From: Schmidtea polychroa
Taxonomy: Eukaryota
NCBI GenBank assembly: GCA_044892525.1
Contig: CM097888.1
Location: forward strand, 89,032,001-89,096,000
DNA: 64,000 nt
Direction of reading: 5' to 3'
Made by a program: the position numbers and the translations under genes. Shown in pieces: positions 48,767-62,752 of the stretch. Within the stretch, counting starts at the first letter, position 1, and every line of letters starts with the position of its first letter. The notes beneath the pieces were generated by a model. It saw only the letters and a list, made by a program, of their open reading frames with translations. It was not told the origin of the DNA and ran no database searches.

Positions 48767-51700
48767 ATGATTAAAATAGTAAGAAATATCAATTTGTTGA
48801 GAGTATTTGATATCAACCAGCTGTTTGTGAGAGGGTGGGCTTTGTTGGTATTTATTATGTGGATGCAGTTAATATCAGGTAATTTATATGATTGTGCTAC
48901 AGCAAATGATGGCCATTGCAGCAGAGTATCACATCAGTAGCAAGGAAGGTCCCAGTTATTTGACCACAGGAATCAGTGATACATATGGCCAATATAAAAT
49001 CAGATTTAAAATGAGTCTCAATAGAATGAGAGGAACTTTATTATATTTGATTGATAAATACGAGAATCAGTTGATAATTTCCCTTGATGAGGAGCTGGGG
49101 GAGAGGATGATAATGGAATTCAGGGGGGAATCGCATTATGCAACTCTATCTGAATTGTGTAAGGGATAAATTGGAATATTGATTGAGGGGGGTGATAAAT
49201 TATGCTTTGCATTCAGGTGGCTGTGTGAGATGCAAATATCGATTGATCGAGTTGATGGTGTCCATTACTGATCGGATCAACATCCAATGCAATGATCAGC
49301 CATATAAATCATTCAGATATTGGGATAAGAAAGTGCTTAATAACGGTAAGCATGTGAAATGATATTATAACTCATGATCAATAAATCAATAACAGCGATA
49401 AATAGTGCAATAGTGCCGCCATATAAGTGATCCTGAACCCTCTCATCCAATCATCAAAGGGGCTCATTGGAAGGTTATAAAATCAATATAAAAGGGCAAC
49501 CAATCAAATTCTCGCATTTGAGCGCCAGTAAAATATCAAACATTGCGATTATAAAAATATCAAATAAAGAATTGCTTGCATTCAGTGACGGATGCAGGAT
49601 TATTGGTGGAGGGGGGGATAATTTTGAATGAATCTTGATATGCACATCTGTCGTGACTATTTGGTTCAGCAGTTGTAATGTGTTCGTTAGCTTAATTTCA
49701 TTTTTCTAGTTAAATCCAGATTTGGGCACTAATATATATTCACCTTGTTATATATTCATCAAGACATTAAAATAAATCCGGATGAAATACTTTCTGAATT
49801 AATGAAGGGAGAAAGACGAATTAATATTATATTGCAAAATATTCTATGTAAAATACATTGTTAATAATTATTAATAAATTTGTTAATTATCTTACAATAT
49901 TTTTTCTATTTTTCCGTGTCAACTTTTAACATTGCTCGATGAATTGCAACAATTAATAATTTTAATCCCTCCCCCAAGCTGAAATCCTGACTACGTCCGT
50001 GTTGGGACTGTTACATGGGCGTCACTAAGGGGTGCGGGCCGCACCGGGTGACTGTATATTGAGCATAGCAATATAAATCAATACGCTGTCCCTCTTTATA
50101 TCTGTTGCTTAATAGATCAAATTCCCTAGTAAAATCCGAAATGTATAAATTTTAAAAAACTGATTTCAAAAATTCATTTATCATCGATCAATGGAATAAA
50201 TAAAATGAAAGATTTTGATTGGTTGATAACTAGAATGAATGAAATTCAATAATATGATTGGACGAGAGAATTATGATGCATTATTGCGCGTGAGGAAATG
50301 TGACAGCCTATGCAATTCCGCATTTCAATCTGATTATTTACTGATAATTATTGTTTTATTATTGATAAATAAATGTACGCATTCAATATATATTTAATGC
50401 GCTGTTTTATTACGCAGCCTATCCGATCGGGAAACCATTAGGACCTTCGCCAGTGAGATTATATCTCGTCAATACTCCTGAGCATGGTGAATATTATCCG
50501 AACCCTTTCCAACTGGCTGGCTGTATTAGTGATATAATAGTAAATGGAAATCCTGTAGAAATGGAGAAATTTGGCCCTGCAATCTCCACCAAATGCCCTA
50601 AATCATGCGTCAATGACGTGTGCAATGCTGGCGTATGCCATGAAACATATGATAGATATCCATTCTGTGATTGCACTGATTCCTTCCTGAATGGCCGATT
50701 CTGCAATTCAAGTGAGTAAATATAACTTGTGAATGACAATGGTAGTTGAACAAAGGTTACTCTGGGTACCTCAAAATTACACATACAATTTTGCTTTTGT
50801 ATTTTTAATTATGATTGTCATTTGAAAAACAGAAGAGGTAAACCTTTGCTTAGAGACGGTGAGTTTCAATATCATCTGAATGCACCAAGTTATGCGGGCG
50901 CTAAGATATACTGGCTTTGCACACAGATAGGAGTTTGCAAAGCTAGTTGTCGCATTAATGGCTTTACCATTTATTCCAGATAAAGATGTAGCTGACACTT
51001 TTAAAGGTTTAGCAGCTTATGTTCCGCCTGAACTTAATGATTTTATTGATTTCTATGAAAGAACTTATTTAAGATTAATTAAACACGAAAATAGCATCAA
51101 AGATTTGAGAACAAAACTTGGAGTTGCTATAACGCAATACTTTCTAGGCATGGCGGAATGAATAATGTTGCAAATGGATGACATTCTCGTTTTCAAGGTG
51201 AAATCCAATCGCAGCATGCAATTATTTGGAGGTTTATGGAGTTTATTAGAATAGATGAAGCCGATGACAAAGTATTGATTGAGCAATCATTTGAAGGCCA
51301 CAGAAAGATTAGCCATCCAATAAAGTGCATTTATCTTATTAATAACTCACGCATCTCAGATCTTACAAGGTCATGCGATGCAATTAAGGATATTGTCATG
51401 ACTAAGAACTAGTTGCATAGAACAGGAAAGCTGCTGATAAACAGCTTTGCTTATATTGCACAACAAGATAATCGTCAGTCTGATATAAACAGAGTTAAAT
51501 TTCTAATTTTCTAGTTTCTAAAGACTTATAGAGCTTCTATTTGGTTTTCTTTTATACATTTTATCAGTATCATAATTTATTGGTTTTATGTGTAATGTCT
51601 GTGAATCGTTGCTTTGGCCATATAATATGCAATTAATTATTATTTATGCCACATATATGTAACTATACAATTTGACAGGGATCATAGCCATTCATAAACT

Positions 51701-54700
51701 AATGAAAGAGCCTTGTTATCCACAAATGTTCCACAAAACAATCAAGATTTTATCCAATAGAATATTTTAGTTAAATAAAAATAAATTTATTGAGTAAAGA
51801 AAATATGTGAAAACTTCTAATCATTCGGCATAAGCTTATCATCCCTTGGTCATGGCTAGCTATGATTGGTTATTGCCAGGGCCGTCGAGTGCCAGGCCGG
51901 ACCCTCGATGCAATTTGTCAGTACGGGCCTTCTTTGCTATTATATTTTTAAAAAAATCTAGTTTGTTGATTAAGAAAAATACAAGGGGCAATACAAGGGC
52001 CCACTTGAAGGGGTTCGCATCATTTTATTGAAAACCGTTTACAGTAACGGCAACTGGTAAGATATTTTAGTAAAACTTAAAAGATGAAAATAAACATGAG
52101 TTTAAAAACTTGTAAAAAGGATTTATCTGAAATTGAAATTTTAAAGCCAAATATGATTATATCGGGAGTCCCGATGATTTGCATCGCCTGCATCGCCCTC
52201 TTTTCAGTGCTGGTTATTACTGGTTACGACTGATTATGATTGGTTATGACAAACTATGAGTGGTTATAAATTTATTTTCAAAATATTTCAGCTTGAAATT
52301 GTAATAAAATTATAAATTAGTTTTAATTGTCAGGCGTAATCAACAAAATGGATTCCAATTGGAAATATCATTCAAATACCTTCCAGTCCAAATTCATCAA
52401 AATCTCCTGGCGAGCTGATTCTGGTGCCATTTTTGCCATGTGGAATGAGTAGTTCTTTATTTCATTATTTTTCATGAATTTTCTTGCTAATTTGATCAAT
52501 TATCTCACATAGTCAATGCTAGTATTCTTGTTTCCCCTTCCTTTTCTTTGGATCTTTATGTGGATCTGAACTTGTGAAGTTACGTAATTGCTTTATTATC
52601 CGTTTGCAGAATCCTTTCCCTATATAAGTGGTCTTTAAAATTACGTGTAAATAAATAAATGGGAATAACTCCTTCCTTGTAATGTAGAGTTCCAATTTAT
52701 TGGCCTTCATTGCAAGAGGGTTATTTGCATTTTCGTCACCTTAGGATAATACTGCCCCAATGCCATTGAAACTGGCTCTCCTATACAATAGAGATTCCTT
52801 GAAGAAATCATAGTACGCTATATATACCAGTTCATATTAATATGTTTTCAGTGCTGGTTTGAAGGCGCTTAACGCCATTTAAAAAGACTATAGTTTCTTA
52901 GATAAGTCTTACAACAGCGGATAGTTCTAATTTAGGATCCTGCATAAACTTGCTGATGATGTCTATTCGGTGAAGAATATCATAACATACAACCAATTTA
53001 AAAATAAGCTTGAAGTACTTCAGAGCATTAGCAAGAGTAGCTACCTCATTTCGAGCTTAAGAGTTTTTTCTTTATCTGACAGTTCAAACAGAGCATCAAA
53101 AAGCTTGTTTAGTTGATATAGTATTGGTACTTTACTGTCAATTCTTGACTCTCAGAGGGTTTCAGACAATGGCTTCACAGTATGCCGAGAAACGTGTTGC
53201 TTCAGTATTTTACAACAAGCTGTGGATGAATTAAACCAAATTAATTAAACCAAAAAAAGAGGATGCAGCACCTGTAGATTTTGTGACGTTGCCAAAAACA
53301 ATATTTAAACTATGGAAACCACAAGAAACAAAGAATGCAAGTAGGTTTATATCAACAATTCTTCGCTGGACGCCGGAATTCTTACCTTTCAAGTTAGATC
53401 CATTATCATATACTTGCTCTCTGCAGTTAGTGATAAAGATTGCATTTTTGCAATTCTTCCTGAAAGGCGTTGGTAAGACTGACCTGTTGAATCTTCGACT
53501 ACAATAAAACCTACGAAATCCTCGTGTATAGAAACATCTTCATTACTAGCTACAAAGTGTCTTGTGATAGACATCTGCTCTTTATGACTCTGATCTGGAG
53601 TGCAATCAAGAATAATAGAGAAATATTAGGCATGTCGTGCAGAATCTAAAATTGTTTATTTAACTTTGTCAGCCATTAGAGTAAATAATTCATTTTGGAA
53701 TCTTTTTCCAAGATAACGGTCATGGATTTCATCCGGCGTGATTCGTCATAAGTGTTCTTGCAATACTGGATCGAACTTTCCTTTACGTTCTACCAAGGCA
53801 AGAAAGTTACCATTGTCTATTCTATTAATCTTTTCTGATGAGCCCCGAAAAGCCAGGTTGTGTTGAGCTATAAATTGAATGATTGTGTGCAATCTTTCAA
53901 AAATGTTTCACCAGTGTACAGTTTCAGCACCCTAGCTAGCCTATCTTTAACATTACTGGTTAGACTGGTCCATTAACATGCCCTCGTAGGTGTGTATTTA
54001 GTAAAATGTTAGCCACAAAATGGGTTTCTGTCATTTTTTCAATTAGCAACAGAATTTTAAGAGTATTACCACCTATTATAGTAGCTGGAAATGAATACAA
54101 AGTTAACAATCTCAACATTAATATTTGAATTCGGGTTTTAGGGGCGCTAGATATATGAAACGCACAGGGCGCAATAATGCCCTAATACGGCCTGATAATT
54201 ATTGCCATATTTATTGTAATTATTATCAATATAATTTTTTCACAACATTTGTTATTGAAACAAAACTGCAAGTGAAACTTGATGTATTTTCATATTCTAA
54301 ACCATGTCAACACAATGAAATTATCCACATATTAGTTAATATATAATATTATAAATGGAATATAAATATTTACATAAAAGATAAATTCATTTATATATAA
54401 TTCTACTCGAGCTTTGTTTATATGCTGTGGGGAAATATTATATTATTCAAAATTATAAATGGATTTGTTCAATGCAAGTTTATAAAGAGTAAATCTAATA
54501 ATAATATAAATATAAATAATATTTATTAATTTCAATTCATTGCAGAAAGATTTCAGTAAAGTTCCAAGTAGAAAGAAATAACCTTGACTGTCTATATCAT
54601 GACAGAATTGAATTAATAAATATCAGGAAAAGTGAGATTTTGATAATTATTTTTATAACGGGTAAAATATATAGTAAATAAATCTCATTGGCTTGTGTAA

Positions 54701-57700
54701 TGAATGAATTGTGATTGGTTGATTGACACTTGATAAATGTTGTGCCGAGCATTTGTGGTTATCCCTAATAATTTATTGGTCCACTGACAGCTAATAATAT
54801 ATTCTATTTATTTTCATTAATTGACACAAAATGAATTAAACATTTTCTCATACATCAATGCTATTGGTAGGGAATAATTTATTGAATACAGAGGAAATGA
54901 GCCTGGGACGCAGCATTATTTGTTTCTATGCTTTGTTATGTTAGGGGAGAATTTGAACCTTTCTGTTATTTGGCTCTCTCCTGAGCTGGGGGCGGTCAAA
55001 GGGGCTGGAACGGATCTTCATGAGCTTGCTGTTGACTGCTGATTGGAGCTGAATGCTGATTTTATATGCCAATAATCAATAATATTAATAATAATAATAA
55101 TAATGAAATATATTCAGCGATAACTGAGAAATATCAACCAAATCAAAATGGCCGCCTTTATTTATCATTTGATGGAAATGTTATCGGCATAAAGGTAATT
55201 TATATTTTGTTTTGCTAGAGCTTTATCTTTATTTGGTTGTTTTCACTGCTGATGCGCGTGAATGGTGATCATTTATCCATTTATGGTGAGGGGGGATCAA
55301 TTGGCTGGCGGGTAAATGCGGCACTGCAATTCATTGCCATGCTGAATATGTGATCGGTTCAAGGGATTGGATCAATCAATATTGATTCTGATCTGAATGT
55401 TTGTGAGCAATGAACCGGAAAGTGCTCATAATAATATCACAATTGGATAAATATAATTTGCAACAGCAATGATGCCCATCTGGCAATGTTAATGCTAATT
55501 GCAATTATTTTTTCTATTTATAGCAACATCGCAATTAATATTAATATTATCCAATCAAATGGCTAGATAATGCAATATTAATTAGTTCTATTTATAGTAA
55601 ATCTAAAATATCCTTCTGTCATTTAATAATGAAATTATATATTTAGAACTTTGTGTAAAATGAAATCATTTGTGTAACAATGAAATCAATAAATACACAA
55701 ATATTCTCATCTGCTAGATAAATTTAATTTATATATTTAAATATCTCAAATATCTCAATCAAATGAATGCTGAAAAATATCTGCTGATCTCAATAATATA
55801 ATTAATGCAAATGCCAATGAACCAGAATCATATATATTATTTATCAATGAATTCTGGACAGCATCAACAAATAATATCAAATATTAATCATAATGTGAAA
55901 TATAATGATAATTACAAGCAAATATATAAAGCTGCAATCAGATATAATTGGCATATATAACTCTCCCTATCTCCCTCTCACGGGCATTTGGGCACCCCGT
56001 TGCCATGGCTGCATGATTGCATATATATGCCTGCTTTGTAGCACTTGGAGCTTTTATCATTGAGATGAAGCAATGCCAATTGGACATTTGTGATAAATAT
56101 CGGTGGGTTATTACCAGTGGCGTTACTAGGGGGATGCGGGGGATGCGGACCGCACTGGGTGACACCAAATAAAATATTTGAAAATATTCTAAATAAAGCC
56201 TCCAATAACTACTTATATATGCTATTTAAATATTGTGTCAATTTTGATTTTCAAACCCTATTGAAATATTTTTTCTTTCCTCTGTTGGCTGACACTGCCG
56301 GAGATATCTGCTCAACGATGATGTTTTTTAAAATGTTCTATATTATTCTAATTATTATTTTTTAATTTATTCTATTTTTTTTTAATTTCTTTATATATTG
56401 TCAGTTATTCTCAAGGTCAATGACAACAGATCAAATTCATGATTTCATTGATTTCTTCTTTAGTGTTGATCTTTGGCTGTCTGTTTATAATGAGAATTGC
56501 TTCTTTGAATCTGACATTTTTCTTTTGGATGTTTCCATTAGCTATGATTTCTATTGAAATATTTTTTCTTTCCTCTGTTGGCTGACACTGCCGGAGATAT
56601 CTGCCCAACGAGGATGTTCCACCAGGATCTAGATGTTCTTTAACTCTTTGGTGCAAGGTCCTGAGGGTACTACAAATGTAGATTTCATTGCATACATTGC
56701 ACGTGATGCAATAGACGATGTTTTTTCTTAAAGCACCTATCTTTCGGTGTCTGGCAGTTTTTCATTTTCTCTATTTATGTTGCCTGCCAGAGCCCTTCTC
56801 AATGTCCAAGATTTATGTGCTATCCGAATTGGAAGACCGATACGTTTAAGTTCTTTCAGGATCTTGAAGTCGAGTATGTCACTGATGAATGGGATATTCA
56901 GATAGAAATATTTCTGATTCTTTTGTGTTAATTCCCTAGATCTTCTTGGGGTAGAATTCATTCTTTCAATGTCCTCACCTTGGTATCCATTTCGCTGTAG
57001 GATTTTATTGAAATTTAATTGTACTTTAAAGTTTTCGTTTTTCTCCGTGCATCGATTGGCTATTCTTCGTTTCTCGTTTCTTATGACATGTACTTTCTGT
57101 AAGTATGGAAGCGCTGATCTTTAGTGCATAAATATTTCTTTGCGAGCTGGTTTTCTGTAGAACCCGTATGTTTGAGTGTTTCCTTCTATTTTGATTCTCA
57201 AATTCAATAAATTGAGGGATCCATCTTCTTCCGGATATTCGATTTCGAACTTAAAATATTAATGAGCCGCATTGAATGCATGAAATATTTCCTCCGCTTC
57301 TTTTCTGCTTTTGGTCGTGATGAAGATATCATCTACATATCTTGCTTAGAAACCGATGGATTGTATGGTCCTCAGTGTTTGTCGTTCGAGGTTTTCCATA
57401 AATATGATTGCTAGCAATCCTGATATGCTAGAACCCATAGGCAGACCTTTAACTTGTTTTTAGAATATTTTGTTCAAAGAAATTAAAAAAAAATAGAATT
57501 ATTTAAAAAGTAATAATTAGAATAATATAGAAAAAATTTTTAAAAAATAGGGTTTGAAAATCAAAATTGACACATTTATTGAAATATTTAAATAGCATAT
57601 ATAAGTAGTTATTGGAGGCTTTATTTAGAATATTTTCAAATATTTTATTAGGCTTCTAGAAGCTAATTATAGAAGCTGTAAAAAAATTTAAATATTTTTA

Positions 57701-57939
57701 GTTTGTGTCATTTTGAAATTTTAAATGTAAAAATTTTAAAAGTTTTTAGTAAAACAATTCATTATATTTACAACCAATGAGAATTAAGAGAACGGAAATA
57801 AAAGAAAGATTGAAAGGTATTTTAGGGAAGAACATTGCTTAATTCCAGGAGATTGACAAGGACTATCTTATAGTCGAAAATTCTTTCATTAAATACATTA
57901 TTTGCAGCAAAAGGCTTAAATATTCATTTTATTGTTTTA

Positions 57940-57987
<48 letters not shown>

Positions 57988-60900
57988 TAAATAATATAAT
58001 ATTAATCAGTTCGTACAAAACAATTCTACAATAAATACAAAGTCACATGTTGCCAAAGATTTATCCAAAGAGCATTTCACATCAATCTCAATGCTAAGCG
58101 CTCCTGGATTCATTGGTAATGCACTTTGTGATCATGTGAATGGTTATTATGAATTCCTCTAGACATCGTCCACAAATTGAGGCCCTCTCAATATCAATGG
58201 CTGCCCTTCCATAGCAAATTCTTTGTCAATAAATCTAGTAATTTATTATTCTGTTTCTCATAAATGTTTCCAAGCGCGATTGGCATGGCAACCTTTCAGC
58301 CTGGCCATTTGATATAAATAATGTTGATGAGCCATGAACACATATTTACTGCATGAAATGACATAAATATATCATTCTAGATCATTCCGCCATTGCAAGC
58401 ATCTCACCCCATGCAATGAGAGTTCCTGGGGAAATGGTAAATATTTGTTTGTTTTATATTTTGTATGATTTATCTGATTGTTGCGCATTGCCAATAAGTG
58501 ATTGGTGCGGATAATAACCCCATTGGCCACTGGTGAACCATTTCCCCATTCATGCTATGGGAACCTATTTGTAATGCTGTGGGGAAATGGATTCATTATT
58601 GTAATATTTGATACCAAATGCTCAGCGCTGATTATATTCACCGTGACCTCAGGGCTTGTGGATGCTTCCATTCATCCGTTATGATTATATATACGGTTTA
58701 TAGATCTCCCTGATGATGCTGGGAATCATTGGGACAATGCTGCGATCTAGATCAGATATGGAAACGCTTATTTTGTGTCACCTAGCACTTACATTCCCTT
58801 ATGCTCATTGCATTTGATTGAGTGTTATTGGAGGAATGTGTTTATTGCACCTATAATTGTTGGTGTTCCTTTTGATACCGCACCAATTGCAATGGCTAGA
58901 GATACCTGAGCATGATTTGCGGCTTCCTGGGAGGCATTTTTATGAATTCTTTGCACTTTTATGAAAGGTCTTTAAGCATATTACGAGGGGTCATGTTATT
59001 GAGACGCTTTCAGGAGATGTTCGTGGTGATTCTTGATCAGCCTTTGCAATCTGATGCCTTTGATGCTGCTGATATTGCCATTGAGGGGCTGACAGCGAGA
59101 GTGATCAACAAATGCAATCATCAAAAATCCATCAGTAAAACAACTAAGGGATAATGATAATAATAATGACAATATGCAACCTAGTACCAGCACTCCTTCA
59201 GTCAACCTAAAATAGAAGGGGCTAAGGTAGCTCGCAGTGAAGCCTGGAGCACAAAAGTTTTGCAATAATTGCAGTGATAAACTTGCAATGTGCTTGGAAT
59301 GTTTCAATGCAAAACATCGTTAAATACTATTTATAAAATAATTTTATTATATGTTATACGTGATGTTATATTTCATTATTGTGAATTTCTTTTTATTTCT
59401 AAATAAAATACAAAATTTTTTAATTTCTTTCAACAAAATGTTTTTTTAAATTTTAAGTACTATATAAATAGTTTACTATAAAATGTTTGTGTACCAGCAG
59501 TGGTAAACGCATAATATAATCAATTTTTGAATATTCCTCACAGTCGTAAGTATAAAAACATAGTTTTAATATAATATGTTAGCATTTTCATAAAGTCCTA
59601 TAAACATGCACACCGTGAACCACCGGTGGCGCACACAACCAGAAAATAAATCGCTACTGTATCACCTGTGGTACACAATTTCCAAATGGCAAAAACTTTC
59701 AAATAAACAAATTTCACGAACGTTTTAACATTTGGATGGGGTTGCACAATTTTGGTTTTATATTTCGATATGTTGCACAATTGTTAATATTTGCTCTTTG
59801 CTGAATATTCTTTATGCATTTCAGGATTCTCGATCTGTTGTCCAAGGTTATTATGATTTATTATATTTTATATTTTGTTTTAACCATTGCCATATTTGCC
59901 AATATTATTATTATTATTATTAATTGAGTAAGCAAAGATTTCATGTAAAATAGCCTAAAATAATGTTATTATAGGAATGTATCTCATTTTTCACATTTCT
60001 ATTGCTATAGATAGAGTAGCTTATTGCAGTTGCAATGAATAACATCTGAGTGAATAGTTGTGTTTCGATATTATAAGGTGAATGTGTTTTTATTATATTA
60101 TAGGGGGGCTCTTAGTGCAGTTTAATATAAATTTAATATAATTTGATATTAAAATCCAAGATTTAATTATTTTATCTGTTGATTGGCCTGGGTCAATTTG
60201 TTCGGTTTCTTCAACTTCAGGAAATAGTTCTGATGATTCGATTTCTTGAGCAACTTGAATGATTTTGTTAGGCACTTTTGAATTGAATTTTAAATTTTGG
60301 AAAGTAAAATTAAAGTGTATAGATAAACAAATATGTAGTGTAGTGTTTTATTTTGTAATTAGGATTTATAATAGTTTATTAGTTTTGTTTTCGCATAATG
60401 CGTAAAAGAAAAAAAACTATATAGCGATAATTTACTGTAGTCTACTATTGTCTTCTTGAAATCATCTAAATCATTGGACACAAAATAAAAAAAATAAGGA
60501 AGCTGAAAGAAAAGCTCAATATTTTTATCAAAAGTCTAAAGTAATTTCATTTTCTATTAATGAAAGTTGTGATAGTTTGATCATCCATATTTTATTGTAA
60601 ATACACATACATACAAGCACCCTAGCGGTTCCGAGAGTATTTTTAAAGCAGACTCGGCTGGGCTCTACTAATTTTCTTGTTACAAACCAATCACCACTAA
60701 TAATACCATAATAGGTAAAATTATAATACCAACATAATTAATTCCGAATTATCATCATAATAAAATATATTTGAATTATTTAATATAATATTGTGGTGAT
60801 TATCTAACCAAATCTGGTTTCCTAGCCATAAGATTTATTTGAATATCAGCATATTTAATATTAGCTTCTTGCAATGATTTCTTTATTTTCAAGCAATAGG

Positions 60901-62394
60901 GACATGTAGAAGATAACCAAAACTGGTGAAACAATAATCTCATTAATCCATTCTCCCAACGACGTATGAATATGTGGCATTTGTTACAATAATACAAATG
61001 CGTTAATCTTGAATATGTAAGGGATAACACAGATATATTTTAGAATCACAAAATAATTTATTGTCCTCAAAGTTACTTTTAAATTTCAACTCACAAAGAA
61101 TATATTCAAAAAAACTAGCATTTACTTAAAAAATTAAAACAACATGATTTTGTTTAATATCAATAAATAAATATATAATTTATTTATTATAACTCAAAAA
61201 ACACGATATTCTTTGATTAACCAAAAAAATGTATTTAATTGTTCACTACTAATCATAAAAAGTAACAATTAATTATCAAGCTTCCAATTTATTCAGATAT
61301 CCCAATCAAATTATTTGTTCGTTATTTCTTGGATCCATAATTGATTTGTGTAGTGGTTGGATAACAAATCTATTCGGGTTCATATTATTGTTAGGATTTG
61401 TTACATATTTCGCGAATTATAATGTTGGTCTATGAGAGTCAACACTAAAATTATTGGGGGCCAAATACAGTTAATCTTGATAATAATAACATGGCATCGA
61501 ATTTGCTTTACTCGTCTGAGATTGATTAATAGAGCCTGATTGATAAGTAGAAGTATTAGCTGATTGCATGAATTTTGATTGACTCTTGGAGTGAGATATA
61601 TTAGACTGCGATGTTCCATCTAATGTGCAATTATAGGTGATATTTGATTGGCCATAATTGTGTTCTGATTTATCCTTATTCGCTAATGATCCCATTTATA
61701 TATAATATAATATAATATAATATAGTATAATATTTATATAGATTTTGTTAAGGCCGTGTAACGGCTCACTACAAATATTTTAATAAATAGTGACAAATTT
61801 TGTATTATAAATCTGATATTGTTATCACCACACATGTAAAGAAATATATATTGGTAATATCCTAATATCCATTTTCTAATTACCATTCATATTTGATGAA
61901 AACCTTCACTTCATTGAAAAGATACTCCTCAACAAGTACAAAGGAATATTCTCATTAATTGTGAATATTTTATGACCTCAACTTGCCCTCTGGGGATCCT
62001 GCAATTCTAAAAGCCCAATTCAAATCGTTGTATAAAAGCTTAGAGTGAAACTTTTGGCAAGATTTATTGCTGGCCTATAAGGGTTTATTTCCATCTATTA
62101 ATGATGTGAATATTAATATATATCTGGTGGATGATCGCAATTTCAATTATATAATTTAAACAACATATTTATTGCATCAACACGGATCAGTTATGCTAAT
62201 AAATAATCCCAGCCAATGACAACGCAATCTGCCAGCGGCATTTTATTATTTCCTTTGATCTCATTTCTTTCATTTCAGATGTCGCCATTGGAATTTTATC
62301 TTTTCTTTTGGTGATATTCATTATTTCGGCTGCTTATTTTGCTGTGAAATTCAAAAGGAAACGTGAGAAACGAGTGGAAAAGCAGAAAGAGTAA
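48767..62394 (+). CDS. LamG-EGF single-pass membrane protein (neurexin/CASPR-like), copy 2, partly modelled
   Basis: Exons 48767-48878, 48922-49158, 49217-49345, 50418-50711, 55118-55194, candidate 55219-55311 (LLMRVNGDHLSIYGEGGSIGWR), and TM exon 62279-62394 (VAIGILSFLLVIFIISAAYFAV-KFKRKREKR, ending in TAA or at a GTAAGG donor). Confidence 0.72.
49620..50001 (+). mobile_element. hAT 3' end, present in copy 2 only
   Basis: LLYIHQDIKINPDEILSEL...RRINIIL, then terminal ...AAATCCTGACTACGTCCGTG. Confidence 0.6.
51877..52212. mobile_element. 336-bp hAT-type MITE, present in copy 2 only
   Basis: CAG...CTG termini; 8-bp TSD gttattgc/gttattac (7/8); absent at the matching site near 34820. Confidence 0.7.
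52330..54194 (-). mobile_element. hAT (ZMYM1-like) transposase relic
   Basis: HNLAFRGS...NGNFLALV...YFSIILDCTPDQSHKEQMS...EDFVGF...DSTG...CGFHSLN across frameshifts. Confidence 0.85.
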
Positions 62395-62509
62395 GGATTT
62401 ATTTCTTGATAAAATTACTGATTTCTAGAATTGGATTGCTTTGTGATCCCCGCTCCTTGCTAAAATAGCGAAATATAACGATAAAATAAAAATAGCTGGA
62501 AAGCGGACT

Positions 62510-62752
62510 GTAAATTGCACATAAATAGCCAGCATAAATTGCATATAAATTGCACATAAATAGCCAGCATAAATTGCACATAAATAGCCAGCATAAATAG
62601 CCAGCATAAATTGCATATAAATTGCATATAAATTGCACATAAATTGCATATAAATTGCATATAAATTGCACATAAATTGCACATAAATTGCATATAAATT
62701 GCATATAAATTGCCAGCATAAATTGCATATAAATTGCCAGCATAAATTGCAT
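62510..62752. repeat. 11/13-bp minisatellite, 21 units
   Basis: Counted directly; paralogue of 44613-44715. Confidence 0.95.

Noticed and set aside
53835-53860. Hammerhead-like CTGATGAGCCCCGAAAAG
   Set aside because: No stems I/III; it is the reverse complement of hAT coding sequence (AFRGSSEK).
55195-55218. 24-nt micro-intron before the candidate LamG exon
   Set aside because: Far below the 42-69 nt introns supported elsewhere; not accepted without junction reads.
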